Shown here: in pieces, positions 12,801-25,959 of the stretch
How the letters are laid out: every line of letters begins with the position of its first letter
How positions within the stretch are numbered: the first letter of the stretch is position 1
Source of the DNA: Monocercomonoides exilis PA203
Lineage: Eukaryota; Protista; Preaxostyla
Length of the DNA stretch: 64,000 nt
Reading direction: 5' to 3'
NCBI GenBank assembly: GCA_001643675.2
Contig: LSRY02000007.1
Coordinates: forward strand, 1,116,001-1,180,000
The notes under the pieces: generated by a model
Seen by the model: only the letters and a program-made list of their open reading frames with translations
Told to the model about the DNA's origin: nothing
Databases searched by the model: none
Program-made: the position numbers and the translations under genes

Positions 12801-15800
12801 GTCGCTCGGATAATCGCATGAATCTCTTCCAAATATAGTGTTGAAACGATCGTAATAGCCTTCTCGAAGATCAAACTGGAATTGGCTTTCATTGATCTGA
12901 AATGTGATGTTGAAACATTCAATAAAAATATCATTCCCAACTTTTGCTGTGTTTGCACTGAACTTCATCCCCACAAATGAAAAATTCAATTCTCCTCTTT
13001 CCTTTGTTGCCAAATACACCCCTCCTCCTTTCCCATTTGTGCAGCTGCATTGACTGATTTCGGACTTAATCATCTTCATTGATCCAGATGCACCCAATGT
13101 GAAAAAGATCGCCCCTCCTTTTTCACTTGCTTCTGCTTTGTCTTCTGTGATGTTGCTCTCATTCACAACCAAACAAATCTTTTTCTCACTTTTTGATTCC
13201 AAAATGCTTGCTCCATTATCAGTTCTCTTCACACAAGAAAATGATGAATTGTCAATCTCAATATTTGTTCCTTCATTTTCTCCATTTTTCTTCAATCCTG
13301 GTTCGGATTTCTTGATTGACAAAAAGCAACCTCCGCTTTCATTCAACGATTTCACTCGAACATTCACAAAATGGCAATAGACTCCAGCATTGTTAATTGC
13401 AAAAATGCTGTTTCCAACATTGCACGATTCAATCGACAAATCATTCACTTCCACACTGCCTCCAATTGCATCCACAAATACACAATCAAATCCATTATTC
13501 ATTCCTGCTTCTGAATGGAATGCGCATCCAGTTATCACCAATTCTCCATTTTTGTTTGAAATAATTGTTTTGGCTGAGTTGTCAAATCCTGACGTTAGCT
13601 GAAGTTTGATATTTGTTAATTCAAGATGAATATCATTTTCCATGAAATATTCCAGTTGACTTCCAATTGACTTTTCAAAATTCAATTTGGATTTCGTATT
13701 CTCTTCTCTCATATTTACACTCTTTTTGATCTGATAATTGGAAACATTGAATGAATCTTGAATAACAGTTGATCTTTCAATCTGAATTGTTTTCTTTCCA
13801 ATCTCCTTTTTCATGTTTTCCATCCCTTTCCACATCGTGAAGCATGGCTCTTCTTCACTTCCACATCTTGCAACATCAAATCCACTCGATGAGATAAATA
13901 TCTCAAACGAGCTGTATGGAATCAGAAACATGAACAAATCCTTTTCTTGATGATTGTTATCACTTCCAACAAACAAAGTACCATCTTTTATCATGGACAA
14001 GTAATTGAAGTGGAATGAATCATTTGTCACAGAACTGTTGAAATCCTTTCCCAAAATGAACATATTCTTTCCAATGGACGCTTTGTTGTTTGCAAACGAA
14101 ACGTCTTCCAAAAGAAAAGGCTTTTCTTCCAAACAATTTTGACAGTTCAAATACAAGAATCCTCCTTTTCCATTGATCGTTGAAAGTGAACAAGATGATG
14201 CATTTGCTGATTTAATGACCAAATCTTCGTCATTTTTTAATGTCACTTTTGCAACTCCACCTTCTCCACTGCCCTTGTTCTCAATCCTCGAAAAGTCGCT
14301 GTTTTCAAACAAAACAGAAGAAGATATCATCAATGGAGATTCACCAATGAACGCTCTGCCAAACTGCATCCTTCCATTGTGCAATTCAACAGTTTCACTT
14401 TGTATTTTTCTTCATTTTCTCCTTCATTCACATTTGATGAGAAAAGTGAAAATGAAAACAACGAGTCAGACGATTTCACATCTGAAATCGTGACAAACTC
14501 CAGTTCAACCATCTTCCCTGTCGATTTGATCAAGGAAAATTCAATTGAATTTTCCTTCCCTCCAACCACACTCATCATACAGTTTTTCATGAATAGCTCG
14601 CCATTTTGGGTGCATGATTCGATCACTGCTGAGATTGTCCTCTCAAAATTCGATGGAACAACAATCCCAATGAACTCCATTTCTGTCAGTGATTCTGACT
14701 TCAGAATGGATTCTTCAGACCCATTCGCTTCTCTTTGGCATTCGATTCTTATCATTTCCTCCTCTTTTGCTTTAATATGCACTCCTCCCACATCCAAACA
14801 TCCAGCTACTGTCGATTTTGAACACACAACAATTTCTTCTATTATGTTCTGTGTTCTCTTCAGATGCCCTTCCCCGAAGTCCACACTCTTGCATGGCACC
14901 TTTTCAATCCCACAACACAATACCTCGATCCCAGATATTCCATCGATAAACACCTTGTCAGCTTTGTATCCATCGAGAAATATAAATAAATCGACATTCC
15001 AGTCGCCAAATACTTCTGTTCTGTCATGTCCAACAATCGAGTTGTCTTTCTGAGTGATGCTTTTCATGAAGGCGAACAAGGGCTCTTTCACAGAAGCGAC
15101 AAGGGATTCACACACAAAATACACATCTCTTCCAACACAGGCCTTGTTGGCTGAAAACATCACATTTGTTATGGAAAAGGAGGATTCTGACACCTGTGAG
15201 CCTTGGTTAAACTCGATCATGAGAGCACCGCCTCTTCCTCCAGAACTTGTATCCTCGCTCACAGAGCAGGTGGAGAAGGCGGTGTTGCTCACCGAAAACG
15301 AGTTGGCAGAGGCAGATGAGGCGAATGAGATGCACCCTCCATCGGTGGCAGTTTGTTGGCTCAACTGTTCTGAGTTGATGTTTGTGATGGTGCAGTTGGC
15401 GAGGGAGAGGGAGAGGGCAGGGGAGGTGGCAGAGGAGAGGACACAGCTGGCGGGGGCGGCAGTGGAGGTGATGTGGGTGATGTTGGAGGAGTTGAGGGTG
15501 AGGGGAGCGGTGAGGGAGGTGAGGTGGAAGATGCTTTGGCTGTTGAGGGCGAGACTGGTGATTGCTGTGTGGTTGAGGGCGAGGGAGCCAGCAGTGAGGA
15601 AGAAGAGGGGAGTTTTTATTGTTATGGAGGTTGTTCCGGTGATGGTGGTTGTGTTGAGGTTGAGGGAAGGGGAGTTATCGGAGAGGTGGAAGAGGATGGG
15701 GGTGATTTGATTTGTGGAGTTGTGGGCGATGGCGAAGGCAGAGACTGTGAGGGAGCCCTGGGTCTGTTGGAAGAGGGCAGAAGAGGCAGATGGATCTGGT

Positions 15801-17941
15801 GAAGAAGATGTTGATATTGATGAAAATGATGAAAATGATGAAAATGATGATGTTGATTGCGATGACTGTGAATGTGAGTTTGATGGTTGGGGAACGCCAC
15901 TGGATGCGATTGTTGTGGCAGTTGTGCCATTTCCGATGATTTTTGTGTCAACCGCTCTGAAAGTGAGTGTCTGAGTGGGAGTAAAAGTGGAGTTGAGAAG
16001 GGTGAGGGAGGCATCGCTGAAGGGAGCAATGCATCCGAGTGCATACTCCACGGTGGCACATGGGCTTTGCTGTGTTTTGCCGCAGGCATCGACATCACTT
16101 CCGCTGTTGGCAACAATTTTGTTCTGGTCGATGATTGGAAGCCAGCTGTTGAACACGGAGTTGTCTGCTGTTCCACAATTCCAGACTCTTTTTGATAAAG
16201 TTGTTGATCCGCAACACTCGAACGGAGATTGGGTGATATCACTTCCGCCGAAGAACACATCATTTCCTCTTCCGTTTGCAACTGTATTATTATCGAAGAA
16301 GCAAAAAGAAATGAATTTAGTTCCACTCATCCAAGAAAATGTTTTGGTGCAACACAACCCAGCACCTCCATAAGTGGAAGTGGCATTAATTTTGTTGTTA
16401 ATGAATAGGCACTCTTCAAGCAAAAATTGAATTGGTTTTTCTGGTGGGGGATAATTAAACGATACAGAACCAGTCGCATCTCTGCCAGAATTTGCAATGC
16501 ACTTACATTTTAAAAATTGGAATTGGCCTGACGATCTCATTTCATTAAGATAAAAGTACCAACTTGTTCCAATGTTATGTGTTATCGTGCAATTTTCGGC
16601 TTTATTTTCTGAAAGGTGATAAAAAGAATTTGATTGTGACCCACCAATACAATTTGCTCCTCCATGAGCAGCTGAACAGCTTGTGAAATTGGATTTTGTG
16701 ATGTTGATTTTTAACAAATACCAACAAAGCAGAGCTCCTCCTTCACCATTAGCTGAACAGTTATTGAATGAACAAGAATTGATTGTAAGATTAGCATTAG
16801 AACAGTTTACATTTAGCGCTCCTCCATCACATCCTCTACCTTTTGTGTCAATCCATTCACACCACTCAAAGAAATAGCTATTCAAATCAGTAAAGGACAA
16901 ACGACTTTATTTCTCTCTATGAGTTTCATTTCCAATATGTTCAACAGGATCATTTTGTAAAGATCGCGTTTGGCGGAGGAAAGAAGTGTTGAAGGCAGAG
17001 AGGGAAGTGAATGGGCTGTTGAGGTTGGTGAGAATGGCACCATCGATGGGGTTGTGGGTGTGGAGGAAGATGGTTGAATGGACGGAGAGGGAAAAATGAA
17101 GAGAAAAGGAGGGAATTATGTGGGTGTTTCTGTGGGTGTTCGTGTTCGTGTTTGTGTTTGTGTTTGTGTCTGTGTCTGTGTCTGTGGTGGTGAATGAGTT
17201 GTGTGAGTGTGTGTGATTGGCAGGAATGATGTGTGTGGATTGTGGTGCAGTGGTGATGTTGGTGAAGAGTGTGTGTGAGAGATGGAGATGAATAAGGGAA
17301 GAAGAAGGAGAAATGGAAGAAGGAGAAAAAAGGAATGGCTGAATGAGGGAGATAAACGAGGAGAAGGAAGAATGGGAGATGGAGAAAGAGGCGGGGATTG
17401 GGGAGTGAGTGGAAGAGAGGGAATTTGGAGGGATGGAGAAGAGGGGGAAGGAGAGGAATGCTGGTTGAGGGATTTGGAAAGAGAAGTTGGTGAGGGCGAG
17501 GGAGCTATGGGCAGAGAGGAAAAGCGGGTGGTGTTTGTGATTGTTGTGGGGGTGGATCTGGCAGGTGGTGGAGCGGATGGTGGTGGATGAGCGGTGGTGA
17601 GAAGTGAGGAGTGTGCATTCACGGAGAGGCGCAATGGTGAGATGGCTCGCACACAACGAGCTGTTGATGATTTTGAGACTTGTTTGAACACAGCAGATGC
17701 AATTGTCAGCTGCGCTCCCAATCGTTTCCCTCTGAATAGTAAAATTATTGTAAAGCTTGACATTTTCACGTGCATTGCTCAACATGCAGTTCCGGATCTC
17801 CTCGCTCCTTTTTTGCAGAATTTGTGCATCAGCATTACCCTCAGCATAAAGGCATCTTACACAAAGCAATAGCAATGCAACAATATTGAGTGCAGCTTTT
17901 GCGCTGGTGGAGCGTCTCGCCATGAATGTGGATGCAAACAA
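9837..17941 (-). pseudogene. Giant (~2,700 aa) surface protein: Cys/GGA-rich beta-helix-like repeats, one TM, degenerate TKL-like kinase C-lobe; three lesions
   Basis: Four ORFs join: in-frame TAA at 16907, 1-nt frameshift near 14370, in-frame TGA at 12291. N-terminal hydrophobic signal, four GxD..CG..PC modules, TM WVLIVCIVIVVILLIVSIIFIV, then RWKAPE / FSIGVMLWECLTLQIPF / RP motifs. Confidence 0.8.
17128..17186. repeat. Hexamer tandem repeat (GTGTTC/GTGTTT/GTGTCT) encoding TDTDTNTN on the minus strand
   Basis: Directly visible tandem array. Confidence 0.8.
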
Positions 17942-18345
17942 AAACTCAAAATGAAAAAATCCTGCACCCTTTATAATAAATATTTATTTATTTATTGTCT
18001 TTATAAGATATATTTTACAAAAATTAATCTTATTCCACTTTTTTTCCTAGATATCTTTCTCAGTTATTGACTTTTTCTTAATTTTATTTTATTTTATTTT
18101 ATTTTTTTTTTGAATGAGAATGATTTCATCAAAAATCAAACAAAGCAGAAATAATTTTGTACAAATCGTTGTTTTTTTCATAAATGTAAGAATTTTGTCC
18201 CATTTGAAACATTTCCAAATAAGAATTATTTTCTGTGAATTAATCCACAATGAAAAAAAATATCACTTTCATGATTTTCAAAGTTAGAAATGAAAAACAA
18301 AAATATTGAAAACAATTTGAACTGAAGTTTTCTTTGTTTGATTAC

Positions 18346-21300
18346 TTAATCTTCTTCAAACATCAATTTCTTTTTTCCAATCCTTTTTTTGTTAATTGTC
18401 GTTTGGTCCTTGGACAGTTTATTACTTTTTGATAAATTATTCTCCACTTTCATTTCATTTTTATGTTCTTTACTATCTTTAGAATCATGACTATGATCAA
18501 GATCATCATCATCATCTTCCTCTTCCTCTTCCTCTTCTTCCTCTTCCTCCTCCTCCTCCTCCTCCTCCTCCTCCTCCTCCTCCTCCTCCTCTTCTTCTTC
18601 TTCTTCTTCAAATTCATCATCTTTATGTTCAGCTCCATCTATTTCCATTCTGCCTGTTTCATTCTTCAAATCTTTCGAGGCGATAACTCTCACTTGTTCA
18701 TTTCCTTTCTCATTTTTGCCTCCAAACACAGAAACTCGTGCATCACTCGCATCATTATCCGTCTGCCAAACATTATTTTGCATTTCTTTTGATCTTTCCA
18801 TCTGAATTTTTTCTGTTATTCCTTTTTCTCTTTTCATTCCTTCTCTTTCAAGTTCTCTTCTTAACTGTTCCATTTCCGTTTCGCGAAACGGAGTTGAATA
18901 TGAAATTGAATATGGCCGTGGCTGTATCACAATACGCAGCTTTTTTTGTCCATCGCTTTGATAAATAGAGGACGAAAGGGGCTCCTGATAAGAATTCGAA
19001 GAGGACGGAGAGAACGAAAAAGACCCAGTGGACGAAGGAGCATAAGAGACAGCAGCAGAAGAAGGCATTGCAGTTGAATGCAACGAAGGAGAAGGAGAAG
19101 CCACTGCAGAAGGATAAGAAGAGCCAATTGGAAGAGAAGGAGGAAGTGATGCATGATGTGAATGAATATGTGTTGGGTTCTGAAACGTGGTGTATTGAAT
19201 GTTAGACGCTGGATAAGCAGAACTGTAAGGATCATCAAAGGCAACGGTATTCGATCGAGAAGGCAACGGATAAACTGGATTTTGAACATAATCTGCTGCG
19301 GAATTCAACTCTTTAGCTCTCAAATTCTTTTTCTCTTCTCTCGTTCTTCTTTCTGTTGCCTTTCTTTTTTTTGAATGCGAAAGCAATTTCCCAGAATTGC
19401 CACTTTTCTTTCTCTGGCTTGCACGCTTTTTCTTTCTTATTTCTTCACTTTTATTGTCACTTTCCTCCTCCTCCTCCTCATCTTCATCATCAATTTCTTC
19501 CTCAGATTCTCCTGATTCTTCAGAGAAATTATTTGATTCAAAATCCGATTCATCTTTCCTGCTCTTTTTATCTTTTCGTTTCAGATTTCTGTCTCTTTTT
19601 CTAACAGAAGGCACTTCGCTGCTTTCGTCTAATTCTTCGTCACTATCTTTCTCCTTTCTTTTTTTCTGTTCTGTTCTCTTTCTCACTTTTTCATTCGCCC
19701 TTTGACGCTTTCTCTCTTTTGGCACATTTCGCGATTTACGCTTGCGAACTGCATTTTCTTCGCTTTCGTCTGTCTCATTTGTTTCATCGTCTTCTCTAAT
19801 CTCATCTTCACATGCTTTTTCTTCATCACTTTCTTCTGTCGATATTTCTTTTCTTTGCTTCAAATTTTTCTTTTGTTGGATTTTCGATTTTTTAGGCAAT
19901 CGGGTAGACTTCTTTTTCGCTTTGTCTTTTTCATCTTTCTTTTCATCATCATCTTCTTCTTCGCTTTCTTCCTTTTCGTTTTCTTCCATTTCACTTTCTT
20001 TTTCCTTTTCACTTTTTTCATCTTCATTTTCATCGATCAATATTGTCTTTTCGTTCTCAACAATTTCGCTCTCAACTGCCAAAGATTTGTCAGCATTTGA
20101 TTCATCATTGCTCAAAGAGCCTTCTTCATCTAATTTCAAAAGATGTGATGAATTAGATGGCGTCTTCAAAGCTTTCTTTGGCGTTTTATTTGATCTCTTT
20201 GGGGACTTCTTCATTTTGTCTTCTTCATATTCGCTCTCTTCACTACCCTCCTCTTTCTGCAATGCTTTCTGCTCTTCTTCTCTCTGGTCGCGCTCAAACG
20301 AAAGAGCAGAAGCAGTAAATGTGAAGATGTCTTCGTCCAGCAACTCCAATTGCATTTCCATTTCTTTTGAAGTCGAAGATTCAAGAAATGATTCACATAT
20401 TTGCTTTTTCTGCTTTGAAACCTGATTTCGTTTGTTGTTCGAATTCTGAAGGCAAATGAAGATAGATTAATGAGAAAAAATGGAAAAATTAGTTTAGTTC
20501 ATCATTAAAATTGAAAATGAAAATATGTTTAATACAATTTCAACATTTTCACAATAAAATTTGAGGCAAAAAGCAAAAAGAGTCTTCAAAAAAAGGTTAT
20601 TTCAAATTCGCATACAATCCAAAAAGGAATGGCGATGATTGCAATCAATACCAAAAGCAGCACAATTGCAACAACAACTTTCCAAATGGCTGATTTTTCA
20701 GAAAGAAGATCCATTGCCTTCTGCTTAATCTGTTCATGAGCACTTATCACTGAAGACGAAATAGCAAACGTCTTATTTGAAGGTGTAAACATTGGTTTTG
20801 TGCTTGTTGCTTTTGTTTTGGAGCCAAATGAGAAAAGAAGAAGATGAATGATAAAATCTGCAAGTGGCACTGAAACTGGTAAAGAAACCAAGAACATCAA
20901 AAGAAGCACGGAAAATACAACTTTTTGTCTTCGCTTGTGCTGTTTGTTGTACCTTTCAACAACTCTGATAATATTTTTTAAAAAAAGAAATTTTCATAAA
21001 AAACATTCAAAAAAAAAAAAAAGAAAAATCAACAACAAAATTGATCATTTATAAAAACAGACACAAATCACAATTATAATTCATAAATAAAATTATCAAG
21101 TTTTCATTTCTTGAAATATTCGATGATATTTCTCTTATATAATTATCTTTTGATAAAAAAAAAATTGAATAAATCTCTTTTTCAATGATTGGCAAACCTG
21201 CTTGCTTCGCTCTCCAACACTCTTTTGTACTTTTTCGTGTTTGCCAAATCCATCTGTAGCCGAATGCCTGCAGAACCTTCAATGATGTTCAATACTTCAA

Positions 21301-22736
21301 AAAGCTGGTTTTGCTTCTTTTGAAAAGATGAGCGAGCAAATTGCGGAAGAAAAGTCAAAAATAGTCTGAAAGTCGAATCGCCAACAAAACTCTGTGTATA
21401 AATGGAATTGGACCGAGACAGCACCGACTGGGTTAAAGAATTGTTTTTCTTTTGAAGAGCTTTTGAGGAGGAAGAAGAATGAGAAGAAGGTGATGATTGT
21501 GGAGTGGAAAGTGGAGAAGAAGAAGAAGACATTGAAGATGGCGAATGTGAATCACGTGAATGTGAATTCATAGATGATGCTCCATGAGGCTGGTTATGAT
21601 GGAAAATATCTTCATCCACTTTATCCAAATCAATGCTTTCTTTTTGCCTTGTACCTTTTTGCCACCATCTCTTCTTTCTGTTTTCTTCGCCTCCTATCTC
21701 CTCACTAATATCTTTGTATTTCGACCGACTATCCTCTTTCTTTGTTCTCTCAAAAAACCCTCCGCTAAGTTTTTGGGATAGTTGCTGCACAATTTTGATG
21801 CGATCTCGCTCTGTCTCGATGATATCCGCTTTATTTAAAATAAACAGCATTTTTGAGTTCAGTCCAATTGAATGTAAATAATGGCACAATGCCATTGTTC
21901 GATCAGACTGAAATTGAGCAACTGGCTCAAAAAATACTGCAAAAATACAATATAATACCAGAGCAAAACTGAATTCGATTGATTAACATACCAAGTATAT
22001 GATCAACCACTTTTGCAAGTTGAATTAAAGTTGCTTCAAGATTAAAATCAAATGCCATTTTTGTTTCAACAATTCCAGGAGTGTCAATAAGTGTAATGCA
22101 ATTAAAAGATCTGTTTGTCGAATTTACTGTTTTAGTTTTGACTTTTGGAGGCAAATTTGGAATATCACGAAAAAATGAAAACTGAGGAAACATGCTAATT
22201 GTTGCATCACACTAAATACTGTTGAAAAGTCTCAAATAAAATGAACTTCACACTGTTCCAATAAGTTCTTTTTCTCCATATGTTATGATTTCAATTCCTT
22301 GTGTTTCCATTGCCATACCGGTTTGCTGAACGTTCCTTCCTGTATACCAATTGATAAAGGACTAATTCATTTAAAAGATTCAAGTTAGATTGTCATAACA
22401 ATTTTAATGTTTAATTTCACACTGATTTTCCAGAACTTTATCGAAATTAAAAACATGAAACAAATAAACAATCAAAGTTATTCGGAAAAATGATAATAAT
22501 CAAACTTGTAATTCCCCATAAGCAATACCATGCTCGATGTGAATGGAGCAACAACAGATTTATTGAGTTCTTGCGCAATAGAAACATATCCTTTTTATAA
22601 TCATTTTACAAAAGTGAAATTGAAAAAATTTCAACAAATATTAAACAAAAGCAATACCATTATCTCCCGTGTAAAAAGATAGCAAGCGTGAGCTTAATTT
22701 TGACTGTGCTTCGAAATACTCTTTTTGAGGGTTCAT
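18346..22736 (-). CDS. EHD/dynamin-like P-loop GTPase with two TM segments and a long acidic/basic low-complexity C-terminal tail (8 exons)
   Basis: Spliced: MNPQKEY...GNYNSGKSSFINWY (Walker A), QTGMAMETQG, LIDTPG, ILNKAD. Exon 20964-20616 has two hydrophobic stretches and splices in frame (acceptor at 20445) into the 671-aa ORF 18346..20361. Confidence 0.75.
18501..18610. repeat. Compound trinucleotide repeat encoding poly-Glu/Asp
   Basis: (TCA)n(TCC/TCT)n run giving ~30 E followed by several D on the minus strand. Confidence 0.9.
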
Positions 22737-22905
22737 TTCAAAGAAAAAGCTAAATTTTAAAAATTGAAAATACAAATAAATAAAATATGGTCACATTATG
22801 ATCATTAAATATGCGAGCTTAATTTGCGCAAGAAATACGAACGAAATGTGATATTAACAAATTTTCTGATTAGCAGACATATATATTCAATCCATTTGTG
22901 GATTT

Positions 22906-25029
22906 ATGAATTGTTTTCTATTTGAAACACATGTTTGAAATTGTTTTAATTGTTATGTTTATTGAAATCATATTTTAAAAGATTTTATGTCCTTTATGCC
23001 AAGAAATTTGTCAAAGACATTATTTTCTAGAGCATTTGTCTTCATTTTGTATCAAACAGATTCAACTTTGTGTGCATAAACTTTTCTTACAAAAAATATT
23101 TTTTAAATAATTTAAGCACTTTCTCCAGAAGAAACAGATGCTGAAATTGGAGAGATCAAATGCCCAATTTGCGCTGGTTTAAACATAGAGAGATTTTTAA
23201 CTGCAAGCTCATTACTTACGCATACTCAACTACACTTTTCATTTAGTGAAACTTTATCCTCAGGCGAAATGAAAAAAAAGATTGCTCTTTTTGATTCGCA
23301 AAAAGATGGGAAGCTAATTTCTTGGCTTCAGAAGCAATATTCTCTTATTAAAAACTCTTCGTCTCAAACACCCTCATTAAAATCAAAACACAGTGAATGT
23401 AAAACTCTTTTCAAAAATGAAACGGCTAAGTCTCAGACTTCATATTTCATGCCGAACATCAGTTATTCATTGAACAGGAAATTACCACAACATGCTTGTT
23501 CTTGCCCTGCATTTTTCCTGAAGGATCAAGATACTCCAGTTGAAAGTGTTTCACCGAGACTTATGGGAAATTTTCGTGCTATTACAAAATCATTAATTCC
23601 ACGAATTCATCAATCTACAATCCCATTTGCGCCTTCCCCTCTTAAGCAATCATATACTGCTTCCTCATCGTGCATTTTTGATTCACAAGAGTATGAAGAA
23701 GAACTCATATCAATAGATGATATTGATAACGATGATCCAAAAGTTCATTCCGCTATTTCTCATCTTTATCCTTCTCCTTCTCCGCAGCCTTCTCTTTCAA
23801 GACACCCATTTCATCGCGACTCACCAATGCCTCCATCTCCATTGAAATTCTCCAAGAAAAAGCTTGATGATGGATTTGACGATTCTTTTAAAACTGAATC
23901 AATGAAAAACAAGATTGATTCATCAAAAACTTTTCAAAATCCACCCACACCACCTCCGCCAAGATCTTCTTCAAGTTCATTAATTGACATATCTGAGCCA
24001 CTTTCACCGTATTCTTTTAATTTGTCAATTTTATTTGAGCCATCTTCTTTGGATATTCGATCTGATAGATTTGACTTTGAGAAATTCGAATCTGATTATT
24101 CTATTCTGTTTGATGAACACACACGTACATCTACAACTTCTGAAAGCGTTGAAACTCCTTCTTCTCCACCTTCACCATCTTATTCATCACTTTTTGGATT
24201 TGAAATAATTTCAAAGGAAGATACTGAATCAATAATGGTCGATACAACAATTGAAAAATCATCCACACATTTTTCGATGAAAAACACTAACAAGCCACCA
24301 ACTTCTTCTTCATCGTCAAAACACATTGGATCTGCTTTATATTGTGTTCCTTTGACACGCAAAACATCAAAGAAAAGAAAAAGAAATATCAGAAAACGAG
24401 TTGGAAAGCAGAATAGAAAATCACGTTCTCTTCAACTTTCGGAAGAAAGTGAGCAATCTTCTAAAGGAGAAAATCCAAAGAAGAGGAACAATGAAAGAGG
24501 AATAGACGTGGAAGTGTGCGACGAGTCTGATGTTCCTTTCGTAACACCTTTTTCAGCTCCATCAGAAGAGATACCTCGACCGATAGACATTTGCTCAGAT
24601 GGAGAATATAACAATGAGGAAGACGGAAAATACGAGAAGAAAAGGGAAGATGCAAAAACACAAATTTCTATTAAAGAAAGCGAAAGAGAAGAAGTCGAAA
24701 AAGCACAAAATATTTGTTTCACTGAAGAAAATAATAGCATTACTGATGATATCAATAGTGTTGATTCCAGTCAGGACTTTCATAAATTGAATCAAGATTC
24801 TTTTGAAGATGAAGAAATGAAAGCTACTCCTATGAAATTTTACAAAGAAAATGAAGATTGCTTTAGTGAAGATAGAATGCAAAACGAGAATTGCAAAAAA
24901 ATAGATATAAGATTAAATCTTTCGGATCTCAAAAGGGAAAATAAGGATTTTAATAGAGAGAGAGAAGGAAAATCGATGCTTTCTTCTTTCTTTTCAAGGT
25001 TATTTTGGCCTAATCGGAAAAACTTGTAA
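22906..25029 (+). CDS. Hypothetical Ser/Pro-rich protein with two putative N-terminal zinc fingers
   Basis: 586-aa ORF extends upstream in frame to KCPIC...LTHTQLH. A preceding exon gives CPLCQ...EHLSSFC. Start at 22906 is tentative. Confidence 0.55.
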
Positions 25030-25358
25030 AAAGACTGAATTTCATAATTGTTATATGATTCTTTTTCTTTTCATTTTATATTTTTCTTCATTTTTTTGTA
25101 AATAGTCGAATTATTCTGTTTATTTGGGGTTTTATTTAACATAATTATTTTTTTATTAGGAACTGAAAAATGATTCAAAAAAATTCAAAAATCTTATAGG
25201 GTGTTTTTTTAATCCGGACATAATTTTCATTTTTTGATATAAAGTTGTATATTTTTAGAAAAAAAATCGCATTTTGATATTTTCGAAAAAATGCAACAAT
25301 AAATAGCAAATTTAATCCATTGATTCTCTTTTTAAATTTATTCGGCAAGATGGGATTA

Positions 25359-25764
25359 TAGTAACTTTCATAATAGGCGGACGCTTTCCTAATGGCCGGA
25401 CAGTAGCATTTTCTCAGCAGCTAATGAACGTAGAATTTTGATTTTTTCCCACATCAATCGTAAGGTGAATATGAGTATGTGAAGCATTCTGAGAATACTT
25501 CATACTTGATCATTCATTTTAAAAAAATAAAATTTGTTTTTCGGAGAAATTCGGAAAAACAAATGACTTCCTATTTCTCCGAAAAACAAAAGTTATTTAT
25601 AAAAAATGAACAACCAAGAATGAAGTATTTTTAGAATGCTTAATAAACTCATATTCACCTTACGATTGATGTGGGAAAAAATCAAAATTCTATGTTCATT
25701 AGCTGCTGAGAAAAGGCCACTGTCCGGTCATTAGGAAAGCGTCCGCCTATTATGAAAGTTACTA
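25359..25764. mobile_element. Palindromic MITE (~406 bp) flanked by TA, pogo/Tc1-mariner-like ends
   Basis: TA|TAGTAACTTTCATAATAGGCGGACGCTTTCC ... GGAAAGCGTCCGCCTATTATGAAAGTTACTA|TA; ~190-bp arms around a short spacer. Confidence 0.88.
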
Positions 25765-25959
25765 TATATCGAAGTGAAAATTTTTCATTTTTAATATTAT
25801 CAAACTATTTGAATACATATGTTATTTCATTATTTTCATGTTTAACGAATAGGAAATTGATGATTTGAAAAAAAAAAAGAAAAAAAAATTTAAAAAAAAA
25901 TATACATTTTTGGTTCATGATCGAAATGAATAAAAAATCAATTATTCTTTTCTTCAATT

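Noticed and set aside
10097-17872. Many + strand ORFs opposite the giant gene (e.g. 11161..12270, 14379..15053)
   Set aside because: Antisense shadows of biased codon usage; no motifs
19162-20425. Ser/Phe-rich + strand ORFs
   Set aside because: Antisense of the E/K-rich tail
18346-25029. Genome-wide alternative code (TAA/TAG = Gln)
   Set aside because: Long intact ORFs (671, 586, 303 aa) use only CAA/CAG for many Gln and have no internal TAR, and several genes appear to end in TAA; internal TAR occurs only in loci that are repeats or carry other lesions
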